Positions 50,101-61,579 of a stretch of DNA of 64,000 nucleotides are shown in pieces. The DNA is from Mizuhopecten yessoensis. Its lineage: Eukaryota. The position numbers and the translations under genes were made by a program. The notes under the pieces are model-generated. The model made no database searches, was not told where the DNA came from, and worked only from the letters and a program-made list of their open reading frames with translations. How positions within the stretch are numbered: the stretch's first letter is position 1; the number at the start of each line of letters is the position of its first letter. The DNA is taken from the NCBI RefSeq assembly GCF_002113885.1, contig NW_018408642.1, positions 211,064-275,063 on the forward strand, in the 5' to 3' direction.

Positions 50101-52121
50101 ACAAGATATATTAACATATGGACTTCTATAACCAACAAGATATATTAACATATGGACTTCTATAACCAACAAGATATATTAACATATGGACTTCTATAAC
50201 CAACAAGATATATTAACATATGGACTTCTATAACCAACAAGATATATTAACATATGGACTTCTATAACCAACAAGATATATTAACATATGGACTTCTATA
50301 ACCAACAAGATATATTAACATATGGACTTCTATAACCAACAAGATATATTAACATATGGACTTCTATAACCAACAAGATATATTAACATATGGACTTCTA
50401 TAACCAACAAGATATATTAACATATGGACTTCTATAACCAACAAGATATATTAACATATGGACTTCTATAACCAACAAGATATATTAACATATGGACTTC
50501 TATAACCAACAAGATATATTAACATATGGACTTCTATAACCAACAAGATATATTAACATATGGACTTCTATAACCAACAAGATATATTAACATATGGACT
50601 TCTATAACCAACAAGATATATTAACATATGGACTTCTATAACCAACAAGATATATTAACATATGGACTTCTATAACCAACAAGATATATTAACATATGGA
50701 CTTCTATAACCAACAAGATATATTAACATATGGACTTCTATAACCAACAAGATATATTAACATATGGACTTCTATAACCAACAAGATATATTAACATATG
50801 GACTTCTATAACCAACAAGATATATTAACATATGGACTTCTATAACCAACAAGATATATTAACATATGGACTTCTATAACCAACAAGATATATTAACATA
50901 TGGACTTCTATAACCAACAAGATATATTAACATATGGACTTCTATAACCAACAAGATATATTAACATATGGACTTCTATAACCAACAAGATATATTAACA
51001 TATGGACTTCTATAACCAACAAGATATATTAACATATGGACTTCTATAACCAACAAGATCTATTAACATATGGACTTCTATAACCAGCAAGAAACTGAAA
51101 ACAATTCCCACGGAGATTCAAATTTTTATTACAAAAAGACGTCCATGGTCCTCGTCAACCTTCATAGCTAGAGACCTCGTGATGTTGAGAGAAAAGAAAC
51201 AGATCAACATATACCACTGACTATAAGTCTATCTTAAATGTACCTATGAAAGATGAACGTAACACACCTGTGAATTTTGGTAATTAATGTAGTATGCCAA
51301 AACTGAATTCCACTACACCATACAGGTGTTTCGACCTCCTTGGACTTATTGGTGATGATAGAGGCCAAACAGATATACTGTAGAAACATATAAGGGGAGG
51401 TTCATAAAACCTCCGAACTATATCAATTCAAAAATTTAGAGAAGTACTGGATAGTTTCAATTAATAGAAGTGTGTACATTAAGAACCATGCATGTCGCTA
51501 CTAGGGATAACTGAGCATACCGGTCTCGGAAACCTCGAGGATTCAGAAAGCCACTTGCAGGGTCTTCAACTTCGCCTTTTAAAATTTTATTTATTCTATG
51601 ACATCTTCCAACTTAAATTAATCACTTCTGCTGGTTCGGAATTATTAGCGCGCATGGTGGTCTTAGTGTGGGAGGAAACCAGAGATCCCGGATAAACCCC
51701 AAGTGGTCGGGTAGGTGACCCCAAACTTGTTCACGTCATATCGCAGAATCGAGCCCCGCCGCATTATTTCTTGAAAACTGAACGTAACACACGCAAGTCG
51801 ATAAAATGAACAATATGAAATGTAATATGAATCAACCAACTGCTCCTAGAAAGTTTATACTTGTCTTAGACTTCAAACAATATCCACATTTATCGATGCA
51901 ATTGCATTTCACTTTAATGATATAGTCTCAAAAATTTCTTTTATAAACAATGACCAGGTGGCCTATATCTATAAATTAGTTAAACATGTACTTACTGGGT
52001 AAGCCCTAGTATTGTCAGTAGTCTTGATATATCGGTGGTGTCGGATATATAACAGCATCCAGCACAGTGTCACCACTAATAACATACACAACCACACTCT
52101 ACGTGTACGGAGGGATCGCAT
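46864..52121 (-). CDS. METTL24: METTL24-like SAM-dependent methyltransferase (Methyltransf_22/FkbM-like) with N-terminal signal anchor; 6 coding exons, 313 aa
   Basis: Exons 52121-51996, 49534-49377, 48914-48792, 48462-48388, 48235-48091 and 47178-46864 splice GT-AG in phase (942 nt). Motifs: RMGNTMDGGWDVC, CLVYSFGIHFDFSFD, GCEVHSFDPS, DVIKMDIEAFEWDVL, VKQLLVELH, CYEVSFV. Confidence 0.85.
47810..47870. repeat. (GA)n microsatellite
   Basis: Read directly. Confidence 0.85.
48091..48235 (-). CDS. METTL24: METTL24-like exon
   Basis: tcgcag|MHQKDHVRNPSVFFHATGLS...WKMSTLKGIREELRHVS|gtaagt. Confidence 0.9.
48388..48462 (-). CDS. METTL24: METTL24-like exon
   Basis: tttcag|IHFDFSFDDEMASVFGCEVHSFDPS|gtgagt. 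Confidence 0.92.
48792..48914 (-). CDS. METTL24: METTL24-like exon
   Basis: tcacag|YFSTIQSPCKRSVRMGNTMDGGWDVCSDEIKKHACLVYSFG|gtaagg. Confidence 0.92.
49377..49534 (-). CDS. METTL24: METTL24-like exon
   Basis: ttacag|RKFVFPACPP...SMSFEDLEMYHHT|gtacgt; phase 0 to phase 2. Confidence 0.8.
49825..51091. repeat. Near-perfect 34-bp minisatellite x about 37 in a METTL24-like intron
   Basis: ACCAACAAGATATATTAACATATGGACTTCTATA, period 34. Confidence 0.98.
51316..51357 (-). ncRNA. Degenerate type I hammerhead ribozyme motif (probably inactive)
   Basis: CATCA-CCAATAA-GTCC AAGGA GGTC-GAAAC ACCT GTA-TGGTG: stem I, stem II and minimal stem III are in the correct order; the core has 3 changes from CTGATGA. 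Confidence 0.45.
51640..51760 (-). mobile_element. SINE-like fragment
   Basis: GGAGGAAACCAGAGATCCCGGATAAACCC core, related to GAGTACCCGGAGAAAAACC at about 53952, plus a B-box-like GGCTCGATTC. Confidence 0.45.
51996..52121 (-). CDS. METTL24: METTL24-like first coding exon (basic N-terminus plus TM helix)
   Basis: tttacag|ta ATG RSLRTRRVWLCMLLVVTLCWMLLYIR...AYP|gtaagt; the acceptor just before the ATG implies upstream UTR exon(s). Confidence 0.7.
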
Positions 52122-53804
52122 TACTGTAAACAAAATACAGCGCAAACAGTGTTTACAAGTAGACTGAACATGTAGGCACGTATATAGTAATAATAAAGAA
52201 ACAAGTGCTTGCAAAGGAAAATATAAAACAAAACAACAAATATACAAGATTAACTGCCAGGCCTTTCTGCCTTCTTGTGCCTCTTCGTGCGGACTGAAGA
52301 GAGAGAAAGAGACACACACAGATACACATGGAGAGCGTCACAAGTTCTGAATCGGATCTCAAAGACAGAAATATGTTCGGCGGAGATACAAAATAAGGAC
52401 AAATGTTATGCTTGGTATCGTATGTAGCTGCTCTTTTGTGTTTAAATTAGAAAGGTATTTCACAAATGATGGGAACCACATATATAATATTGTGTATTTT
52501 AAACATTGAATAATTAGAGCTTAAAATCGAACATCTAGAGCAAACTATGATATAAATGAAATATTAATATTAAGACCATTGAAAATGTATGAGGAACATA
52601 GGACCAGGTGTTCCGATAGCGTCTTCTGCTTCTGCGACGATCTTTCAAATCAAAGTAGAGTCACGTCCTCACATCATGAACTCGGGCAGTTACAACAAAT
52701 CTACAAGGAACACTTCAGAAAGTAACGAAAAACAACGAAACTCATATCATACAAAGAAAAGCATAATTTCCTACGAGATCGTGATTGCTACCATAGCACT
52801 CCACCAGTCTTCATCAACATGCGTCTATGAACAACTTTGCGTTGTAAGTGTTTCTATCATGGAAGTCATGATATTCGGGGCAAGCTCTTAATTAAGAACA
52901 AAGTTTTTCTTTCTACACAAACAATGTACGTATTAAACATGTCGCAACGTTTCAAGGCAGACTGGTTCCTTTGTCAAGCTATGACCGAGTGAGCGATTTG
53001 TATTTTTTACCTGTACAGCGATGTGAAGAAATTGTACATATTTGCATGTAACTCGATCCGGGACGTTTCACCTATCGATGGGGAGCGTATACACACTGCA
53101 TCAGAAAGGTTACAGGTAGGGTGTAGATTTTGCCCACTCCTTCAAAGTTCCTGTCAGTGGCGTAGCAAAATTTTCGGAGTGTATGCTTACAGGGGGTCGA
53201 ACGTCCGAGGTGCATAGTGGATGGGAGGATTTAGGATAGTGCACTGGGTTTGCGATGTGAGAGGATTATTAAGAGATGAATCGAAACAACTTCACTCTTC
53301 AACTTTTCATTTTATTCCCCCAACAGGGATCCAACAACAGAACATAGAAACAAGATACGGAGACGGAATACAGTAATACACAAAAACGGTTAATTCCGGA
53401 TATTCTATTGATGGTTATAATATAATATATACCATGTATATAACAATAGGGATCCCCCTCCCATAGCTGGGAAAAACAATTCTACTAGGCCCTAGAAGCA
53501 ATCTCCCGTATTCTGTGAAATCCTTTTAGTCTGATAATTAACAAGTAAAACCTGACGTTGATATGAATAATATTAAATTTTGTACTTCACTAAGTAGTTT
53601 TGATTTCGATATTTTTCAATGTGTACAGACATAACAACACTACTTCATGAGACTAAAATTTTCAAGAATATTTGTTTTTATTCTTTCCTTTTTTGTGATT
53701 GATACGGACGGTTTATATTAATCACTAAAAAAAAGAAATTAATAAAAAATATATGATTAAAAACATCTTGCAATTTGAGTGTATGCAAGCATACATGTAT
53801 GCTA

Positions 53805-53941
53805 CGCCACTGCCTGTGTCAACCATAGTTGCGAAACTGTTCATAGAACACCTAAAGCAGACCGCCATTAGATCGGCACCCATGGAATGTGGCCCCAAAT
53901 TTTGGAAACGATATGTAGATGACATCCTAGAAATAGTTTAA
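53805..53941 (+). mobile_element. Penelope-like RT fragment (YVDD region)
   Basis: PVSTIVAKLFIEHL..TAI.SAP..CGPKFWKRYVDDILEIV. Confidence 0.8.
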
Positions 53942-54499
53942 GAACAAACATGAGTACCCGGAGAAAAACCACTGACCTGAGACCAGTACATGGCGACTGT
54001 GAACACACCATATGTAATGTAACGGTGTGGGATCACAGCACCATATACACCTTCTCACTGAATTTTGCACTACGCGTAACAAAAAAAAACCCTCTTGGGC
54101 AAAACCTAAAAAAGTTACCCCAAATTTCCAAACCTTTACCTCTATATATCATTTTTCACATGTACAAGTTGTTTGTCTATCACTATGTGCATGAACCTAT
54201 AGATCAAGAAAATGTGGTCTTTGGTATTCCCTGGGAACACAATGTTTGTATAATAATTGTCGCACTCTGTGTGTTCCTTACGAGGATCAGACATCGTGCG
54301 GACACATCCATACGTTGGTACAATTCTGTGTCAAATGCCAGGATTCTAGACAATTACTTTGAAGTTTGGAGCTACCTATATGGATGTCTAGACTTGGTTG
54401 CTATGCATGGAAAATCATAGCAGTATGTACATGTTTCTGGATAGTGGGACAGTGAGGTTGTTGACAAAAATACAAATTGTGAAAGATAATTAGAGCCTG

Positions 54500-55486
54500 G
54501 GTGACTACCAATTGGTAGTATTAATTGTAGGGGTCTATTCTCAAATTCTTTTCAGAGAAGGGATATTTTTGGAAGATGTAGAAAGCAGTTTGATACTACA
54601 TTTTAGTAGACACTCATTCAGATATAAGAACAGAACATTCTTGAAAAATGGAATGGGGCTGTGATACCCGGTCCAATTCCTATACTTTCAACAGTAGGGA
54701 AGTTGCAATCCTTTTAAAAACTCTTTTGGGCTTAAACAAAAATCAGAAAAGTTTGATAAAAAGGGTAAGTTTGTCATGCTCAGTATAAAACTTACCTTTT
54801 GTGATAAAAATATAGCGTTTGTAGCTATATATGGGCCTAACGAGACCAATAGAGTGTTCTATGAACAGCTTAGTAGACAGCTTGAACTTTGTGAAAATAC
54901 CTCTATAATAATGGGTGGAGATTGGAACACCCCCGAAAACTACAATGTTGGTACAAAAAATCATATTAACAGAAATCATGAGGTGAATCAAGAGAAAATA
55001 CATGAAATGATGGCAACTTTCGATTTAATTGATATTTAAAGAGAACACGACCCCTATAAGTACCAATGTACCTGGCATGGTCCGAACAGAAAACAGGCTA
55101 GGCTGGATTATTGTTTGGTTTAATTGATACCAATGGTGAAATGTCAGAATACATAACTGATATTTTAGAAGATCAAAAACTGTATTTCAGAAAGTTGTAT
55201 GAAAGTCGAAAGCTAGAAATTATTGACAGGTATATTTTTGATGATAGAAACCCATTTATTAATAAATATGAAGAATGTGCTAATTAAGTCATTGAAAAAT
55301 ACGAAAAATTTCAAATCACCAGGTATAGATGGTTTTACTGTTGAGTTTTATAAGTTCTTTATAGTGAATGTTCATATTTTTCTTATTCGTGCCTTAAATC
55401 AACAATATGCAAACTGAGTTATCAATTTCATAAAAAAGCAAGGCATGATAACTTGTATACCTAAGGAAGGTAAGTCCAAATTATAT
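54500..55486 (+). mobile_element. L1/Tx1-clade LINE ORF2 fragment (APE endonuclease plus RT start), decayed
   Basis: IGSINCRGL, VDTH, AIYGPN, IIMGGDWN, TW..KQARLDY, KSPGIDGFTVEFYKFF, GMITCIPKEGK; stops and large deletions. Confidence 0.85.
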
Positions 55487-57564
55487 TGGATACTTTGAAA
55501 ACCTATGGAGGTGACAATGTGTTCAAGTTGAAAAAAAAAGATGGTCTACTAGAAATATCAAAATCATTCATTACATTTTGGAAAGAGTTATTACAGGTAA
55601 GGACTTCCCTCATTTATATAACACTCCCTTACACCCCTCATTGTGAGCATTGTGAGGGTTGTTTAAAGGGACAATTTAGTAATGTAAGTTTTTGTATAAC
55701 CTTGTCAGAAAATTCTTCATGATTATATAGTTTGATGCTCCTTATGAACAATTCATGTCGAGAAATTGACAAGAGACATGTTTTCTTGGCGTTTTTGATC
55801 AGTAATTGAGAAACCCTTAACTGTACAGCCGTACGTTTTAGTGGCAGCTGTCGGTAATTCCTAGCTAACAAAATGTCTTTCCAGCCAAGGAGAGAAGGTA
55901 ACTTCTCGCTTTATTCACCTAGCCTTTCTGGAATGCAAATGCATGCATTTGTTCTGAATAAAAACATCTTTCAACAGCATCTCAAACATCGTTATAAATG
56001 AGTGATCTATCTTACGTTAAACCTGTTGATATCGTTCTTTCTGTGGTTCTCCATACGGCATCCTCTAGTGCGTCTAGTTGAACATGTTCGATTGTATTCA
56101 AATCCAAATGTGAACAGACATATCTTATTAGAGGTATACATTATGATACTTATAGTTCTTAATTGCGATGAACTCTTAATGTTTAAACTTCGCACTGAAA
56201 TGCCCCGGATATTGCGCTATTTCGGTCGTAGCTATTTTTATCACAGGCTTTCTCAAAAGATGAAACTGACCACACTGGACGTTGGCTTCAGATCATGTCA
56301 CTATCAACTACGTAAACTTTCGTTAGGATATATATGTTTCAGTATCGACTCGATTTTCTGGTTGTCATTTGACTATATTGGATATCATGATTCTTAGCTT
56401 TAGTGTTATATTCTGAATGCATGGACATTAACGTGACAGAGTTTTAACATACGTTTATGTTTTCCAGGTTCACCAGCCATATCCTCCGTGTCCTCTGGAA
56501 CTCGCACACAGGGCCAATCTCAATCTGTTTCCCGGATACCTTGTACAGTACAGGATGTGGGAGTCAGTTTTGTGCTGATTTCCGTGATAGATGTCGACAG
56601 CTGACATACGAATGAACAGCAAGACAAAACATTGTCAACAAAACCATAGATAAAACTCAAAAATCGATAATCTAAGGATGAACAAGAGTACATAGAAAGA
56701 CATAAGAGCCGGCGTTCCAGTACTAGAGGCTAAACAATGCTTGCCGTAAAAAAATCATTAAGAATAAGATGAATATATCACGAATCAGCTTGATAGTTTA
56801 AAGACCTCTAGAGCCAATTAATCGTGTACAAAATTAATGGAAATGTAGACATTATCTACTTATGCATATAACAATTTCAAAATATCATCACTATCTTCGA
56901 AACGTAGGAATAACGGTGTCATAACTTGAACTGAGGTAAAAGTAGAAGATGAAGGATTCACATCATTGAAGTATCAACATGTTTGCTTGCAATGTTAGGA
57001 AAGCTGTGATAATCTTAATTAAATCTTTATTACTTGTTGTTACAAAGTCTTATATTGACATTTCTCCCTTCCTAAGCCTAGTAAACTCTGGCAGCGTATA
57101 AACACGAATCATATAATGTCTGCATTGTCCTCTGCGTTCAAACTACCGTATACGCCGCCGAAATGAAGGCATTCAGAAAATGAAAAACACCGTGAATCAA
57201 AACAAGTCAGGATCATACAGGTTATTTAAACACAAATCAAGCCTTCCGTCAATAACTAAATACAGCGAATAGGTTTTTAGAATGGCTCAAACATTTTGTA
57301 CCATAAACAAACGATTGCTGTGTCAAAGATTTTTTTTTGTCATTTTATAAAAAATCTGAACCGATCATTTCCCATTATCATAAATCAATATCTGTTTGTT
57401 TGTTTGTTTGGATTCGTACGTCTTCACAATAGCTTAGCTAATATGTAGGCGTGTCCACGGCTAAATGGGTGCCTCGGTGTCACAAACGCGACGTGGTAGC
57501 GTGCCTCGCTATCGGGACACGATAGACAGACAACGGGCTAACAAAACTTAACGTTTCATCTCGT

Positions 57565-57732
57565 ACCGTAATTGACTTCGAGAAAAATTTGGACGAATTC
57601 TGGAAAGATCTCTAGTTGAAGTACGATTATACAGCGTCTTATATAGAGACTCATTAAATGTTTACCACAATGTACTTCTAGTTAAATTGTTATAGATATC
57701 GAGGTAGCGATGCCGACGTCCACAATTATATC
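57565..57732 (+). mobile_element. CR1-like LINE extreme 3' end
   Basis: FEKNLDEFWKDL*LKYDY resembles the CR1 ORF2 C-terminus, followed by a short 3'UTR. Confidence 0.45.
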
Positions 57733-57740
57733 CTAATCAA

Positions 57741-58706
57741 TAGATTGTCAATTAGACTTATTTGACAAAATTATAAAACCAATTTTATTGTATGGTTGCA
57801 AAATATGGGGTTTCAGTAATTTAAATATGATCGAGCGTTTACATTTTAAATTTTGTAAATTCATACTTCATGTAAATAAGTCTACCCCAAATTTTATGGT
57901 GTATGGCGAATTGGGGAGATATCCCCTATCAATAAATATTAAAGTGAGAATGATCACTTTCTGGGCAAACCTTGTAGAAGCAGATTTTAATAAAATATCC
58001 AGTATTTTGTATAAATTACTATTTCACAAAATTGCAGAAGAAAATGGGGAAACTGGTTATTACATCCCCTGGATGAGATATGTGAAAAGTATACTTGATG
58101 AGTGTGGATTATCCAATATATGGATATCACAAACATTTCCAAATATTTTGTGATTAAAAAAACTGTTGAACGAATTTTATTTTACCAATTTTTGCAAAAT
58201 TGGGATTCTGACAAAAATGAATCCAGCAAAGGAATAACTTATAAATTATTTAAAGATGAACTAAAATTAGAAAATTATCTAAATATCCTGTCTACAAAAA
58301 ATGCCATTATGTTCTGTAAATTTAGAACGGGCAATGCCAGACTTTCAATAGAAAGAGGGAGATGGTTAAATGTAGAGAGAAGAAATAGAATATGCCATTT
58401 GTGTAATACTGAAGTTGGAGATGAATTTCATTATATGTTTAATTGTCCAAATTTTTCAAATGAAAGAAAGTTGTATATTCCAAATTACTATACCAGGCAA
58501 CCAAACTGTTTAAAATTCCAGCAACTTTTTTCAACAAATAACAAAGTTTTACTAGTTAAGATATGCAAATATATTAATATAGTAATAGAGAGTCCGTTCT
58601 CCTGGTTAAAACAGCACGTACTCTATCTTGAATGTAACCATTGTATATTTTCTTAATATCACATGTATATTGTGGTTTAAAAGAATAAAATCTTGTCTTG
58701 TCTTGT
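57741..58706 (+). mobile_element. 5'-truncated RTE-X-like LINE with (TCTTG)n tail and 8-bp TSD
   Basis: KPILLYGCKIWG, VYGELGRYPL, KFRTGN..L.IERGRW..RICHLC...GDEFHY.F.C; one frameshift near 58150; AATAAA + (TCTTG)3; CTAATCAA at 57733-57740 and 58707-58714. Confidence 0.85.
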
Positions 58707-61347
58707 CTAATCAACTATAACCCGTTTAATAAAGAACGTCACAATAAGGACGGTTACATATCTAGTGTATATTTTTGTTTGTAGCAAATACTGCTTAAAC
58801 CCAAATTAGTTTTTTAAGAAAGAAAAAAAGATCAAATGTGTTATCATAGCGTGTTGACGCTATGTTATATTTGTAATTGTGTTGACGTTTTGATATATTT
58901 GTGATTGTGTATTAACATATTGGTATATTTGTGATTATGTAATTTACGTTTCTCTTTTACATGCTTATTTCCACTTCCCATTTCAACAACGATAAAAACT
59001 CATTTACTACTCAGGTAACGATTAACGCCATTATGCCCTTTTGTTTCTAATTTTAGTCTTTTACCATGAAATACGCCAGTGACTACTTATAATTTACATT
59101 TCTGCAAGCATCCGCAATCCTGAACTTATTGAATTTACGAAACACATTTTTTATGCATTTTGGATTTAATCCTCCGATTTGAGCCTTCTATTCGACTTGT
59201 TGGGTCTAGCTGTCATTCCCTTAACATACGGCATTGCATGCTTATAATCCGAATACATTATTTTAGTTTCGTCTTGCAACGTTTCCTACCAATTTAGTGT
59301 CGGTTGCCTGTACATGAAGGGGAACGGTTACTAAAGCATTACCACGGAGCATGCTGGGCTTTCTGTATTTCTCCAAACTTGTGACAGACCAGTTTGGAAG
59401 CCAGGCATATGACGATACAATGTTTAGTTTGGGTCATTGTTAGACGGATCTAATCATTTATAATGAAACGTTAACGTCCACTGAATGGAAAGGAAATGTT
59501 TCGTGCGTAAAATACTGTTGCGGTCAGTATCAGCTCTGCGTAAGTTATCGGCTTCTGTCACACGGTATCATTGCATATCCCTCTTAGTTTAGTACCTAAC
59601 CAGTAATAATGACCATACAATAAAAGTATACCTATTTTCCACATACCTTGATTTCCTTGAATCTTAAAGTTCTCCTCAGTGCAAAATTTTGATTTTGCTG
59701 TCCGACGCTTCCGATAATATGTCCACGACTCATTCATATATCACAGATTGGCAATGATCGATTTTACGTGCACTAGAGCGTACCATGTTCGGGTTATGAT
59801 CCGGCATACCAGTCAGCGTACTGGAGCCAAACTGTTAGGTGCAAGAGGAGTTAAGACTCGTGTAAACTTTTACCATAACTGAATAACATCTTCAATTATT
59901 TTACGTTATATTTACGAAAGTTTGACATTAAGGAATCATTCACATTAAAGTATGTGAACAGGGAAATATGTTTTTGAAAATCACTTCGTTAAGCTAATAA
60001 AACCGTGTTCATTAAGTAGTTTCAATGTTCCACCGTTAGCTTTGTGTTTTAACAGGGGGCACATGCTTGACTGAATACACTTCTATAGGCGTGTTTTGTT
60101 AGTGTTTTAATGTTCACCTGTAGATTGCTGAAGTCACAGGGACCTGCCACATATGTAGGGGCGTCACAGCACATGTATGTCAAGTTGTCAAGGTAACTGA
60201 AAACCCATGAGGTCCTGAAAACTAATCCGTCAGGTAAAAAATAAGACGTTATCATATGACAATTTTCATATCCTACTTTGTTTCAGCCGGAGACTCCGAT
60301 ATTAGCACGAAGGGTCGCAGCCTTGTGCAATATGCAGTAGAGGTTGTACGCTCATTGGTGTGCGTTGTGGTGTTGTTGTCTCTACCACGGTTCCCACATT
60401 GAGCACGAAACATTACTTAAGCGAAGTAGGAGACCCCTACCCTGTCCGAAAACCTGGCCTAAATCTTGCACTTTGTCAATGGCCTCTAGTTATACATTTC
60501 CTTCGTTATTTTCTATTTTTCTTAAATATTGCATTGCCGATCAAACATGTTAAAGAAAATTAAACCAAACATACGAAAATGTAGGAAACAAACGACAATT
60601 TGAACATTAGGATGGCTATCTAGATTTCTTGCAGCAGACTAACAGTTTCTGAAAGTCTACAATTATAAAGATATTAACTGTTTTGATAATAGATTTAACG
60701 TTTGCTACAATAATACAAAAATTACCTCGTGTTTATCGAAGGTGAATGCAGTCTACTAACGAAAGCTTTATAAGGGATACCAGTGTGTGGCATTCTGTTC
60801 AACGAGACTATTTTTTTTTTATTTTGGTTTCAATAAGGTATGTGTAATATCTAATTGACCCATTTGCATATTCCCCAATTACAGGTTTAACAGAGAGTAA
60901 ATATATTGAAAGGGTTTTGTGTGCATTTCTCTGGTCATATGTGGGCCTAGGACAACCTAAGAACATTATTTTCATTATTGCATTGACAGGGTTTAGCGTC
61001 ATTGTTCGTGTAATACCTGAGTGTAATTACAACGTTAGGGTAACAAAATAAGCATTAAGGAATGCCTATACCATGTACTGTCGGCAAGCATGCGCAGTTG
61101 AATATCTAGCTGCTACAACGCTGTTACAACGGGCACCAGCTAGTTAAATTGTAGTATTACCAATGTCACAATTTTGAAACATTCGTTGAAGCCTTACACG
61201 AGATTTGTTTTTATTAATATCACATGTTCCCATGCATTTGAATGAATTGTAATTGTTGAAAATCGGAATAAAAAAGGGGAAAACAAGAAAACTGCAGAGA
61301 GCGCACTGGGAACCTTAATATTGTAAAGCCTTCACTTTACCAATATG

Positions 61348-61577
61348 GTATAACCTCAGCATCAGAGTGGCAGTATAACCTCAGCATCAGCGTGGCAGTA
61401 TAACCTCAGCATCAGAGTGGCAGTTTGACCTCATCATCAGAGTGGCAGTATAACCTCAGCATCAGAGTGGCAGTATATCCTCAGCATCAGAGCGGCAGTA
61501 TAACCTCAGCATCAGAGTGGCAGTATAACCTCAACATCAGAATGGCAGTATAACCTCAGCATCAGAGTGGCAGTATA
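61348..61577. repeat. 25-bp tandem repeat x about 9
   Basis: GTATAACCTCAGCATCAGAGTGGCA. Confidence 0.95.
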
Positions 61578-61579
61578 TT

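Noticed and set aside
49825-51091. CRISPR-like array (34-bp repeats)
   Set aside because: No spacers, no cas genes, and it lies in a eukaryotic intron.
60380-60460. SRCR-like peptide FGQGRGLLLRLSNVSCS on the minus strand
   Set aside because: A stop follows shortly and the other SRCR cysteines are not present.
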